The position numbers and the translations under genes were made by a program. From IMG/VR virus record IMGVR_UViG_3300031521_000009: 64,000 nt of DNA; one strand, written 5' to 3'. The notes beneath the pieces are model-generated. The model was given only the letters and a program-made list of their open reading frames with translations, was not told where the DNA came from and made no database searches. The first letter of the stretch is position 1. The number at the start of each line of letters is the position of its first letter. The DNA comes from a virus. Shown here piece by piece: positions 1-9,849 of the stretch.

Positions 1-2576
1 CTGAGATCACTTGTAAAAGGGGAAATAAATGCAGAAGTAAATGGGAATGCTGAATCTACTGCATAACCAGTTGTCATTGCTGGACGAATATTTACTTCAT
101 TATCTCCTGTTGTTTTCTTAGTTCTATTGATAAGGATGCCGGCATCTTTCAATTGCTCTCTTGATTGGTCAAAATAATTTTCAATTACTTTTTGTGATGG
201 ATCATTAGTACCATCCCATACTTCGTCACCAAAAACATCAATGATACTTTTCATTCTACTTGAAAAACCATTGTTTGAAAATATCTGATTTTCTTGTACA
301 ATACTAGGTGTCATTTTAATAGCAACCGGATTCTGTATGATATGATGGTCGTAACCAAGACTAGGTTCAATAAGACGATTAGATACATCTTTGTAAGCAT
401 GTGATTGATTAGTAAACAAATTGAAATTTGCTCCCCAACCGGTATGTGTTGCATACTTATTTTCAATAGAAGTATTATTTACTTTTGCAACTGATTCATT
501 AAATCCTTGATTTACTACATCAATTTTTACTTTTGGTCGAAGATAATAATCGCCAATAATTACCAAATTTTTATTCAGTAATAAATCAGGAGCAAACACA
601 CTATACTTGTCAGTTTTCAATTCAAGAAAGTAATTACGATTATCATAGTAACGCGCCCACATATCATTGGCTTGTACCTTATTTTTGTACATCCATTTTT
701 GACTAGCATCTGTTTCATGTTCTTGAACAAGAATTTCTTCTTTATTCATTACTTGTAACTCGGTTACTGACCAAGCACCAATATACCAACCTTGTGTTGA
801 TTTACTAATTTTAATTACTGGAAATACTTTCTTATCTCCACCTAAGAATGGAAAAGCAATATCAACTCCATTTGTACCAATCTTTGTTGATTGGCTAACT
901 TCTCTATCTCCCCATGTCATAGGTGATACACCACGATAGCATTCAAAGACATTCTTAAAGCCAACAGCTTCAACCATTGCAGAACTATATCCCTGGCATA
1001 CAACATTAGCTTGTCGTTTACCTTGCACAAAATACATAGTAGTAATATTTGGAAGAATATCTTTATTTGCTTGATAATAATCATATGCAAAGTCATGAAT
1101 AAACTCTACACCCATAAGTTTAAAGTGAAGTTGTTTTAAATCCTCAGCATTTGAAGTATGAGTAATAATACCTTTTCTTGGGAACTTATAAAGACCACTA
1201 AGATTATCAATTGTTTTAAGCGTTTCTGAGGGACTTTCGTTATGATACTGTTCTCTATTATCAACATAGGTACGTAAGTCGAAATAGTTCATGTCTATGA
1301 TAGTTCCATTGGCATTAGTAAGTGTTACTCCTTCATACCAACCGCAAATAGGAAATACTGGTGTCTTATATTGACCATCTATTAAAAATGAAACACCCAT
1401 AGGATAGATTTCATCTTCCATATATTCAAAGTATTTTGCTGTCTGATCATATACTTTATCGAAACGACTTTCATCTTTGATTACAGCATGTGGTATGATA
1501 AGAGAAGCCATTTCTTTGAGCATAGCATAATCTATTGCCCGGCCTTTCCAATTAGCTCCATAATATCTATCTTCATGTTGAACTTCCGTTTCAGCAATGT
1601 CAAATGCCATATTGTCTTTGAATAGTTCTTCAAAAGTAATATCCTGAACAACATTGTTTCCATTGAATACTACAGTGGCTACACTATTGACAATCTTTGT
1701 AGACTTACTGATAAGTTGCATTGATTTACTCAAAGTATCTGATGTACCATAATAATGGACAAAACCGACAGAAACCTTTTTATAGTTTGAGTCGGTATTT
1801 GTAATTTGTAATTGTACTTGTTTTGATACTCTTTCTTCGCCAGTATTCAATACTCCCGAAGAGCTATTAAACTCTTTAGAACCACTATGGATATAGAATG
1901 GACCTACTTCTTTAATGAATGGTGTTGTATTCAATGATTCATCTTCATAGCGAATATAGAAGAAGTAAGTACCAGGCTTCATAGTTCCATTGTCTTTTAC
2001 TTGTCCTACAACATCAGGAACATTAGTAATACTCTTCTGATGAACAAACAGAAGTACATCGTCAAGATTAGTATATGAACGAAGTGTTTTCTTTCCTTGT
2101 TGATCAATACCGGTATTGATAATAATGTTTTTATTCAATCCATCACAGATATACAAATCAACAGAACCATCATAACTATTCTTAGCAATTATCTCAAGTA
2201 ACTTTCCTTTGGAGAAACCAAGTACTGATTGATTTATTGATAATGCATCATCAGGGCCATTAGGGATAATAAGAAGTGTTTCTTCTACCCATGCAGTACC
2301 ATCACTACCCTTAAATGAATAGAAATTAATCTTATCAGTATTAGTTGCATGAGTAACAATATAAAGTATTCCATTGAATGATACTGAACCAACAGGAACT
2401 TCATTTGTAGCAAAAGAAGTAATACTCTTTGTTCCACGAATATTAGTAATTGTATATCCATGTTCATCTTTTGAAACAATACTTCCATTGAGCATATAGG
2501 TATAACTATTCTGTGGCATTAACGTATTATCAATACCTCTTTTCATACCACCTAGAAACGTATTATTATGTTGCAT
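1..2576 (-). CDS. crAss-like tail stabilization/muzzle protein (P22 gp10-like), 3' partial
   Basis: Not in the ORF track because it runs off the window edge. ATG at 2576 gives MQHNNTFLGGMKRGIDNTLMPQNSYTYMLNG, matching the NTFxGGMxxxxD...P...Y...N start of crAss stabilization proteins; lies downstream of a ring protein. Confidence 0.8.
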   Translation of the reverse strand, partial: MQHNNTFLGGMKRGIDNTLMPQNSYTYMLNGSIVSKDEHGYTITNIRGTKSITSFATNEVPVGSVSFNGILYIVTHATNTDKINFYSFKGSDGTAWVEETLLIIPNGPDDALSINQSVLGFSKGKLLEIIAKNSYDGSVDLYICDGLNKNIIINTGIDQQGKKTLRSYTNLDDVLLFVHQKSITNVPDVVGQVKDNGTMKPGTYFFYIRYEDESLNTTPFIKEVGPFYIHSGSKEFNSSSGVLNTGEERVSKQVQLQITNTDSNYKKVSVGFVHYYGTSDTLSKSMQLISKSTKIVNSVATVVFNGNNVVQDITFEELFKDNMAFDIAETEVQHEDRYYGANWKGRAIDYAMLKEMASLIIPHAVIKDESRFDKVYDQTAKYFEYMEDEIYPMGVSFLIDGQYKTPVFPICGWYEGVTLTNANGTIIDMNYFDLRTYVDNREQYHNESPSETLKTIDNLSGLYKFPRKGIITHTSNAEDLKQLHFKLMGVEFIHDFAYDYYQANKDILPNITTMYFVQGKRQANVVCQGYSSAMVEAVGFKNVFECYRGVSPMTWGDREVSQSTKIGTNGVDIAFPFLGGDKKVFPVIKISKSTQGWYIGAWSVTELQVMNKEEILVQEHETDASQKWMYKNKVQANDMWARYYDNRNYFLELKTDKYSVFAPDLLLNKNLVIIGDYYLRPKVKIDVVNQGFNESVAKVNNTSIENKYATHTGWGANFNLFTNQSHAYKDVSNRLIEPSLGYDHHIIQNPVAIKMTPSIVQENQIFSNNGFSSRMKSIIDVFGDEVWDGTNDPSQKVIENYFDQSREQLKDAGILINRTKKTTGDNEVNIRPAMTTGYAVDSAFPFTSAFISPFTSDL

Positions 2577-2578
2577 AA

Positions 2579-3220
2579 TTAATGTCTTTTTGTAATGAAT
2601 TTGTATTCCGGACTAATAATATAATTATGGATTTCCTCAACGTCATTGTTTGATAAATCTCCCCAACTAACATAAGCTGCTTGAATTTCGTAATCAGAAT
2701 CCTGACACATCTGTAACCATCTCCATTGTTGTATACGTGGTGGTATAACACTGGCATCTTCTTCATGCATCTTTTTAATGCAATAAGCATAACATGCTGT
2801 TTCATATCCACGTTTTATCAATGGAAAACCAAGAGTATCTACTGGCAATGAATAGTAATCAATAAAGCACTTCTGAGGTGTTCTAGTAGTACTGAATTGT
2901 ATGTACTCTCCTTGATAAGTACTATTCTTTACTTTGTTTCCAGCTTCATCAAATACATTTTCCAATTTAAATACATCTGGCGGTACTAGAGCGCGATTAG
3001 AACGAATGATTAAAGTAGGATCATCATCAGAAGTAGGTTCTCCAATCTGTATTTTTTTATTCAAAATTAATCCTACTGGATCAGTAAGATATTCTGCAAC
3101 GACTTCACTACACCATCGCATCACTTGTATCTTACTTATTTGAGTACCTTTTATTGGAAATGCAGACAGCAACCGAACATAAATCTCGGCTGCTGTAAAA
3201 TATTTATTATTCGGATTCAT
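2579..3220 (-). CDS. crAss-like tail ring/tubular protein
   Basis: 213 aa; IDYYSLPVDTLGFPLI and ACYAYC motifs typical of crAss ring proteins; immediately upstream of the muzzle gene. Confidence 0.7.
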   Translation of the reverse strand: MNPNNKYFTAAEIYVRLLSAFPIKGTQISKIQVMRWCSEVVAEYLTDPVGLILNKKIQIGEPTSDDDPTLIIRSNRALVPPDVFKLENVFDEAGNKVKNSTYQGEYIQFSTTRTPQKCFIDYYSLPVDTLGFPLIKRGYETACYAYCIKKMHEEDASVIPPRIQQWRWLQMCQDSDYEIQAAYVSWGDLSNNDVEEIHNYIISPEYKFITKRH

Positions 3221-3388
3221 CTTTATTAGATTTTAATTCTATATGTTGATAAGCAAAAACTCCATGTACATTCCTTGCTGTCTTTACATACAACTCATTT
3301 GGTCTGTACTCTTTATTGCTATCCTCTACTACCTCTTTCAGTTTCTGATAGTACTCTTCGTCGTGTGCTTTCGAACGCTTACTCATAA

Positions 3389-3745
3389 TTATTGTGGCAT
3401 TGGTACTGCTGCAGGAGCCGCTGGTTGTGCTTGTCCTTGTGATTGTAATTGATCAGTAGCTTGCTGAATCAACTGTTGTGCCTGTTCTTGTGGAATACCA
3501 CCTTGTACTAACTGTGCAAGAATATCTTCCGGCTTAGCACCTTGTTGAAGCATTTTGATAATCTCTTGTATCATTTGAGCAGTTTGCTCTTCTGACATTT
3601 GAGGACTAGCCGGTGGTGATGTTTTAGCTGGAACAGATGATTTACCTTGCGCTTGTTGAACTTGTTCTTTAGTATAACCTTTTGCGGGTGTCGTAGATTT
3701 AGCAGAACTAGCTGCAGCATACTTTGTTTTGTCGATTGTTGCCAT
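3389..3745 (-). CDS. Gln/Ala/Pro-rich small virion-associated protein
   Basis: 118 aa low-complexity protein with IIKMLQQGAKPEDILAQLVQGGIP helical segment; in the structural module. Confidence 0.6.
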   Translation of the reverse strand: MATIDKTKYAAASSAKSTTPAKGYTKEQVQQAQGKSSVPAKTSPPASPQMSEEQTAQMIQEIIKMLQQGAKPEDILAQLVQGGIPQEQAQQLIQQATDQLQSQGQAQPAAPAAVPMPQ

Positions 3746-3747
3746 GA

Positions 3748-4251
3748 TTAAAATTTTATATTATTATCTTCTAATGAGTGTAATTTCTTCTTATAGAATT
3801 TCCCAAATGATGCATAAGGAAAACCATATCTTACTTTATCCTGAGAAAAGAAATAATCGCAATTGATACGAGTATAAAATCCTTTTCTTTTTGAACGTTC
3901 TCTATCTTTTTGTCGACCTTGATATTTAGTACTTGAGGTCATTGTTAGCAAACTTATCAATCCGACTTTATTGATTTTGATTGTATTTCCCTTAAAGAGT
4001 TCTTCAACAATTATAGATATGTATGCAAAGAACACCTTATAGGCCATACCTCTTATAATTTGGCTTTTCGGATGTGTATTGGTAGAAAAGGTCACGTGAG
4101 ATAAACGAGGTCTAAAAAGAGTGTCTATGTAAACCGTTTTACGTACACCAAATTTATTATTCTCATTGACTACATCATGATAATCAAATTCCTCTTTCCT
4201 AAATTCTTTTACCTTTTTATTGATCCGGGTTTTCTTTGAAGATACTTCCAT
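3748..4251 (-). CDS. IHF/HU-like DNA-binding protein
   Basis: Basic 167 aa; VFFAYISIIVEELFKGNTIKINKVGLISL resembles the HU/IHF helix plus beta arm; crAss structural modules carry IHF-like genes here. Confidence 0.6.
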   Translation of the reverse strand: MEVSSKKTRINKKVKEFRKEEFDYHDVVNENNKFGVRKTVYIDTLFRPRLSHVTFSTNTHPKSQIIRGMAYKVFFAYISIIVEELFKGNTIKINKVGLISLLTMTSSTKYQGRQKDRERSKRKGFYTRINCDYFFSQDKVRYGFPYASFGKFYKKKLHSLEDNNIKF

Positions 4252-5200
4252 TGATATCTTTATGTGGATTTATACCATCACGAAACTGAGCCGCGTAATT
4301 CTCTTTCATATCAATACCAAAATGTTCTTTTACCGGTTCGAAAAATTCTGTATGCTTATCTGAATGTGTTCGATATTGATATTCTCCAAATGGAATATTC
4401 TGCTCACGAGTAAATCTTGGTGTTTCAATAACTTTATCTTTTGGGAAAACATAATCAATTCCATTATATGTAATAACAAAATCATCAGATATAATTTCAA
4501 TTAATGTAGTTTCATAAACATTATTCTCATCATTATTATACATTGATACTGCCCCAAATAATTCATTTATACTATAGTCTATATCATCACCATTGTTATA
4601 TTTTGTTGTAGATATATTTTGTTGTAACCATACTTGATTACCAATAGTTATTGAATTATATGTATCACCATCAATTATAATATCTCCTTCATTAATATTA
4701 TTATCTTTTATTAATCTAATTGATGCTAATGTATTGTAATATGCATTCCAAATTTCAGCAGAATCTTTATTAGATGATAATATTAATGCGTCCCCTTGAT
4801 TATCGGGATTATCATTAGTAGAAGCCCATAATATAGTTCTATACAATATGTCAAAATAAGTATTATTAAATCCTACTCCTGAACCAAAAGCATTAAAATT
4901 AAATGTATTATCACCTGCAATATTCCATTTAGAAATATCATTTGATTTTAAATGTTTTCCAGCTATAAGTAATCCTCCTACATAATTTATAAGTATAATA
5001 AAATCTTCTTTTGTTGGAATATGCCAACCTATTGCGGCAATCCCTCTAGGATCTGTTGCAGCATACCAATTATATAATCTACCATGTTTAATAACTTTTT
5101 GATTTTCTATTTTTGTTGCTTTTCGATAATCTTTCCAAGAAACACCTTCATAGAATAATTCACCATCAACTTCAAACTGTTCTGTAGTTACTAGATACAT
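4217..5200 (-). CDS. Protein with a circularly permuted Fib_succ_major (FISUMP) domain
   Basis: HGRLYNWYAA...GWHIPT...SIRLIKD and IDGDTYNSITIGNQVWLQQN...YNNGDDI...YNNDENN motifs present, in swapped order. Confidence 0.75.
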   Translation of the reverse strand: MYLVTTEQFEVDGELFYEGVSWKDYRKATKIENQKVIKHGRLYNWYAATDPRGIAAIGWHIPTKEDFIILINYVGGLLIAGKHLKSNDISKWNIAGDNTFNFNAFGSGVGFNNTYFDILYRTILWASTNDNPDNQGDALILSSNKDSAEIWNAYYNTLASIRLIKDNNINEGDIIIDGDTYNSITIGNQVWLQQNISTTKYNNGDDIDYSINELFGAVSMYNNDENNVYETTLIEIISDDFVITYNGIDYVFPKDKVIETPRFTREQNIPFGEYQYRTHSDKHTEFFEPVKEHFGIDMKENYAAQFRDGINPHKDINGSIFKENPDQ

Positions 5201-5202
5201 AA

Positions 5203-5862
5203 TTATTGTCCCCCATTATCTTGTTGTTGTTGCTGTTGTTGTGGTTGCTTTACCGGAATATTCTTTGTTTCATCAATACCATTATTAGCAAAGTCTACTG
5301 GCATTCCTAACTTAGCTGCAATATGCTGAAAAGTAATTATCTCTAACTGTCTTTCATTGTTTTCTCCAATAGGATAACTTGATGTTTCATAACTGTAGTC
5401 AGCTAACGAATTTGGAGCTTCTATAACGGCATGTAATTCTATTGCGGACATATTGGGTGCTTTTATCTGTAAGATGTCACCAAGGTTCGCAAAAGCGGGT
5501 TGGTCAATGCCAAAGCGATGTGATTCATAGTTTACCAACTCTTCGAAAGAACAATAATGAAAATCCGGATTCTTTGTACCTATAGGACCAAAATAACGAA
5601 CATTTCTTCTTCCTATTCCTTCCATTAGTTTTGATGGCATAGTAAACTTCTTATAATCGAGATCAAGAGTTTCTACATTACCAGTTATCTTTTGAAAGAA
5701 TGCTGTAAAGACTTCCCCGGAAACATATAAAGAACGACACATTGCCGCTCTTGAAGTATTGATCATTTCTATCAACCATTCATCATGTACTATCTGGTCG
5801 TCCGTAAGATGTGGTTTTAATTGAAGTTTTAAACTTTCAACTATTTTTTCAAGTGTTATCAT
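5203..5862 (-). CDS. crAss-like ring (head-tail joining) protein
   Basis: Likely start MITLEKIVES at 5862; L...IN..RA and YPI...DFANNG motifs; poly-Q tail; synteny. Confidence 0.65.
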   Translation of the reverse strand: MITLEKIVESLKLQLKPHLTDDQIVHDEWLIEMINTSRAAMCRSLYVSGEVFTAFFQKITGNVETLDLDYKKFTMPSKLMEGIGRRNVRYFGPIGTKNPDFHYCSFEELVNYESHRFGIDQPAFANLGDILQIKAPNMSAIELHAVIEAPNSLADYSYETSSYPIGENNERQLEIITFQHIAAKLGMPVDFANNGIDETKNIPVKQPQQQQQQQDNGGQ

Positions 5863-5874
5863 ATTACTGATATT

Positions 5875-5912
5875 AAAAAAAGGGTAAGTAGACATATCCT
5901 ACCTACCCTTTT
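5875..5912 (-). terminator. Intrinsic terminator after the auxiliary capsid gene
   Basis: AAAAAAAGGGTAAGTAG-ACATATC-CTACCTACCCTTTTT inverted repeat; the A-run becomes the U-tail on the minus strand. Confidence 0.7.
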
Positions 5913-5934
5913 TGGATTTAATTGAAACTAATTA

Positions 5935-6879
5935 TTAAGGTGCTGTTTCCAATGCTACTACACGTGCAGTAAGTGCATCTACTGGAGATACATTGTATGC
6001 AAGGTAATTATCAAATGATTTAGCAGCAACTACAACATCTGCCATAGATGGAACAATACCTGCAGAAGCAACAGCGATATCAGCAAACAATACATCATCA
6101 GTCAATGCTAATGGCATATAGAAGTTGTAAACTTGTTCGCGTTTTACAAAAGCACTTGCAGATACATTTTCATAACCAAGTGTTTTGCTGGCAATAGTAA
6201 TACAACAGTAATCAACACCCTCAGTAGGCATTACAACACGTTGTCCTTCGTTTTCTGCTTTAATCATAAAGATACGACTCAACATATCGTTTGTCAATGT
6301 ATCTTTCTTAGGCTTAGTAGTAAGCACCTGAGTAAAGTTTTCATCGAAAATACGAACAGTAATTGGTTGTCCTTTTTCTTTTGCAGTAAGAACAAGAGCA
6401 GATGTACCGGCAGCACCAGTACGACTAGCTACTACACAAGCACCACTGTTTACAGCATTCGAAGTTCTCATGACATCAGCATTGATTGCTTCAACAAGAC
6501 CATCAACAACAGTTTGTTTATCTGTAGTCAAAGTAGCCGTGTTGGTCAACTTATAACCATAAGTATGACTTACTGGAAACTGATGATTACCGGCGCCATC
6601 ATACAATGGTTGACGAGTGATTTCAATTTCAATAATACGTTGATCACCGGTAGTCTTAGCAACAAATGCAGGAGTAAGAGTGATTACTGCAGCAGCGCCA
6701 ACAGCAGATGTTTTCTTTACAATGGTAGTATCTCCATCAAATGGAATATCAATACCATATTTTTTACATACAAGATGTTTAATACCGGTTACTACATCTC
6801 CCTGGTAGTACATACCAAATTCCTTTGGTCCGATAGTATTCAATAGGTAGTCTTGCGCACCTCTTATAAGATTACTCAT
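5935..6879 (-). CDS. Auxiliary capsid / decoration protein
   Basis: 314 aa beta-rich Ala/Thr/Val protein downstream of the MCP cluster and followed by a terminator, as for crAss auxiliary capsid genes. Confidence 0.55.
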   Translation of the reverse strand: MSNLIRGAQDYLLNTIGPKEFGMYYQGDVVTGIKHLVCKKYGIDIPFDGDTTIVKKTSAVGAAAVITLTPAFVAKTTGDQRIIEIEITRQPLYDGAGNHQFPVSHTYGYKLTNTATLTTDKQTVVDGLVEAINADVMRTSNAVNSGACVVASRTGAAGTSALVLTAKEKGQPITVRIFDENFTQVLTTKPKKDTLTNDMLSRIFMIKAENEGQRVVMPTEGVDYCCITIASKTLGYENVSASAFVKREQVYNFYMPLALTDDVLFADIAVASAGIVPSMADVVVAAKSFDNYLAYNVSPVDALTARVVALETAP

Positions 6880-6891
6880 AATATTTAATTA

Positions 6892-7575
6892 TTAATGTTT
6901 GAATTTTAATTCATTGTTGAAAGTTTGATATCGACTATCTTGAATACCTTCCAAATACATACGGGATGCCGTAGTGATAATTTCAGAACATACTTCACGG
7001 TCAAATATACTTTCCTTAGTATTAGTAGTCTCCATTTCAGTAATAACCGGCGGGTTGACAACATAACTTATTCTAAATTTAGGATAACCATCACCAATAG
7101 TAATATTTGGTACATAAACCAAAACATTTTTTACCGGTTTAGTTTCAACGATATCTTGACTTAAACTGTAATAACAATTAGAAGTCGTTGGTTTGCTAAA
7201 TATACCATTCAAAACAGTGGTCAGTTCGTTTGAAGTTAGTGGATTACATTTGGCTTCTTTCAGACCAGATATTTCTGCAGATAATCTAGCAACCAATCGA
7301 CAATCTTCCGGTAACACAAATGAATACGCTTTATAACGATCGCTACTGCTTGTTTCCGATAAAGTACCAGTAAATAATTTAGGTCCTTGCGTAATTGGCA
7401 AAAGCTGTATTGCAAACTTTTTATTCAATTCAAAATTATCAATCTTATTTGAAATAACTTCTTCGGTCGCTAAACCTAAAATTACTGAGAACTCTAATGG
7501 TGAAACAGTTCCTACTCGTGACTTCCTTACTATAGCAAGGAAATCTTTATACATATCAATTATTGCTACCGACAT
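6892..7575 (-). CDS. crAss-like ring protein (portal-proximal)
   Basis: 227 aa; VSPLEF, ISYVVNPP, EII..ASRMYLEGIQDSRYQT motifs characteristic of crAss ring protein 1 homologs. Confidence 0.7.
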   Translation of the reverse strand: MSVAIIDMYKDFLAIVRKSRVGTVSPLEFSVILGLATEEVISNKIDNFELNKKFAIQLLPITQGPKLFTGTLSETSSSDRYKAYSFVLPEDCRLVARLSAEISGLKEAKCNPLTSNELTTVLNGIFSKPTTSNCYYSLSQDIVETKPVKNVLVYVPNITIGDGYPKFRISYVVNPPVITEMETTNTKESIFDREVCSEIITTASRMYLEGIQDSRYQTFNNELKFKH

Positions 7576-7579
7576 AATA

Positions 7580-8362
7580 CTATTTGTTACCTTCTGATTT
7601 GTCCAACATATCTTTCAATGGGACATACAGACTATTATTTTTATCATCATAAATGAATGCAGCAGCTTCTTTTTCATCAGCTCCAAGAGTTACTTTGTCA
7701 TACATGATATATCCATTGGCAACAGCGCGTTGTAAGTACTTCTTAGCAAGAAGTTTTTTGATAAATACAATTTGCTGATTATCGTCAAGATTTTCAAGAT
7801 ATGCAAGAACATCGGCTGGACGTGTTTCAACTAAACCATATACTCGAGCTTCGGCAATCTTAGTAGAAAGATTTGTTGCATTCTCACCAAAGTAAAACAA
7901 TAAATTGTTCATGTCTGATAATGATAGGTCGATAACCTTTGCTCCGGCCTGTGCTTTTGTCTTTCCATCAACAGCTGCTTTTACAGCTTCTGCTTCGAAG
8001 TTTTGAATATACATTAAGTGTTTTCCAACTACTGCATCTTTACGGGATAATGCTATCTCCGGCATTTCAAGAGCAAGGCAATAAAGCGCATAATCTCTTG
8101 TTGGTAGATAGCTTCCGTTTCTCTTAATCAAAACAAGCGTTTGGTTATGAACGATAGGATAATTTTCATCTTCCTTGATTATCAATTCTTGTTTTGATAA
8201 TTCAGTAGGACTCATATTATGTTGCCCAGTTAATAACTTCTTTGTTGCATTATCGGTAATCGGAGTCATTAAAAATGGTTTCTCCTTATACTTCTTATTG
8301 ATCGCATAGATTTTTACTTCTTCGCGTTCTTCGCCTGTTTCATCTTTGGTTATCTTAGCCAT
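7580..8362 (-). CDS. Conserved crAss capsid-module protein (gene 75-like)
   Basis: Directly downstream of MCP; C-terminal IMYDKVTLGADEKEAAAFIYDDKN motif. Confidence 0.65.
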   Translation of the reverse strand: MAKITKDETGEEREEVKIYAINKKYKEKPFLMTPITDNATKKLLTGQHNMSPTELSKQELIIKEDENYPIVHNQTLVLIKRNGSYLPTRDYALYCLALEMPEIALSRKDAVVGKHLMYIQNFEAEAVKAAVDGKTKAQAGAKVIDLSLSDMNNLLFYFGENATNLSTKIAEARVYGLVETRPADVLAYLENLDDNQQIVFIKKLLAKKYLQRAVANGYIMYDKVTLGADEKEAAAFIYDDKNNSLYVPLKDMLDKSEGNK

Positions 8363-8388
8363 TATCTATAATTTTTAAAAGGAATGAA

Positions 8389-9825
8389 TTAATATTTTAC
8401 TGGACGATAAAGTTCAGCAATACCGTTTACGTCAAGTAAAGCTGCACCAGTTTCCCATAGGATGTGGTGGTGTTTACCATCCACTGAGTTGGCCATGTCG
8501 CCACCTTTGTTGATACCATTTACTTCACCTTCTAACCAACCGCGTTTTCCAAGTTGCAATAACTCAATTGCTGGTTGATTGATTTCAACATCTCCCAATG
8601 ATACAAAGATTGCATTATGAGAACTGTTACGGGTTCCATCAGCACCATAAGTGGTTGCACGTTGAGGATTATCAAACCATGGCACTACAGTAGGAATCAT
8701 TTTGACACCACCAAATTCATAGTATTCATAATCCAAGTTGATACCTTTCTTACCATTACCACCCATCTCAACTGTTTTAGGGTCGATACCGGCTTGTTCA
8801 CGCATAAGCTTAGCAAATCCTTTGTAGAACTGCATACCACAGATTACGGCTACCTCAGTTCCCCATGAAGAAGAATAGATAGAAATGTTTTCCATGATAT
8901 TATCAATGACACGTGTTGAAATAACATTGTAAGGTAATCTCCAAGCACCATCGCCTTGATTCAAGATACCATCACCGGCCATTACTTCAAATCCTTCATT
9001 TGTTTTCAACAGAACTTTATCATCTGCAGTAACAGTTGATTTTCCGTTCAACAATTGTTTTTCACGATACATAGCGGCACGTTCAAGCATTTGAATCTGT
9101 GCATGGTCAGCCCACATAGAAACGCCATTATGTTCCATCCAAATAGCACTAGGACGATATTCATCAGCAGTACCAGACATAGACCATTTCAAACGTTGAA
9201 TAGTCATGTGAGTATATGCCTTTTCGTCAAAGGTATATTTTTCGTAAGCTGTTTCTGACATTTCTTCGAATGAAGTATGTGAGATACTAACTTCTTGTCC
9301 AATAGCAAGCAAATTCGGATTTACATAATCACCCGATACATTGGTCATGATTTTTACACGGTAATGGAAAATTCCGGCATCAACTTCTTGTGGAAGAGTC
9401 GAGTCGGAAACGTGTACATAAGTTTGGTTATCGGCAAGTTCAAGAACATCTTTTGGAGAGAACCAATTGGTATCAAGATACAAGTCAATCCACGTTTGGT
9501 TACGACCAGGTTCATTAGGGAATGCATCACATTTGAATGCAGCAATAACGCGAGCTTTACGATCCGGATAACCTTTGACATTCCACATTACTTTGCGGTT
9601 ACCAACGATTTTATACTTTCCTGATTTTGGATTCAAAGGATCAGCAAGTTTTCCCGAGAACATATTACGACCGGCAAGTAATGAACTAAATGCAGTTACA
9701 TTTTTACGGAAAAGGGTAGTTACTTGTGCAAGCATATGTGGTGCTGCAATCAAGTATTGTGACATGTGTTTTGATGTCGGAGTTTGATTAGCGAACTCTT
9801 GTGGTGCGCCAGGTAAAATTCTCAT
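8389..9825 (-). CDS. Major capsid protein (HK97-fold, crAss type)
   Basis: 478 aa; WFSPKDVLEL, MAGDGILNQ and MANSVDG...HILWETG motifs; position in the portal-scaffold-MCP block. Confidence 0.9.
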   Translation of the reverse strand: MRILPGAPQEFANQTPTSKHMSQYLIAAPHMLAQVTTLFRKNVTAFSSLLAGRNMFSGKLADPLNPKSGKYKIVGNRKVMWNVKGYPDRKARVIAAFKCDAFPNEPGRNQTWIDLYLDTNWFSPKDVLELADNQTYVHVSDSTLPQEVDAGIFHYRVKIMTNVSGDYVNPNLLAIGQEVSISHTSFEEMSETAYEKYTFDEKAYTHMTIQRLKWSMSGTADEYRPSAIWMEHNGVSMWADHAQIQMLERAAMYREKQLLNGKSTVTADDKVLLKTNEGFEVMAGDGILNQGDGAWRLPYNVISTRVIDNIMENISIYSSSWGTEVAVICGMQFYKGFAKLMREQAGIDPKTVEMGGNGKKGINLDYEYYEFGGVKMIPTVVPWFDNPQRATTYGADGTRNSSHNAIFVSLGDVEINQPAIELLQLGKRGWLEGEVNGINKGGDMANSVDGKHHHILWETGAALLDVNGIAELYRPVKY

Positions 9826-9849
9826 GATGAATTTGATTAATAGAGTTGA

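Noticed and set aside
4217-5200. Diversity-generating retroelement targeting the Fib_succ_major domain
   Set aside because: No reverse transcriptase and no adenine-variant template repeat were found in the window
6133-6846. Long antisense ORFs (e.g. 6133-6846, 40426-40917, 21758-22117)
   Set aside because: Shadow frames opposite well-supported genes, with no motifs or initiation context
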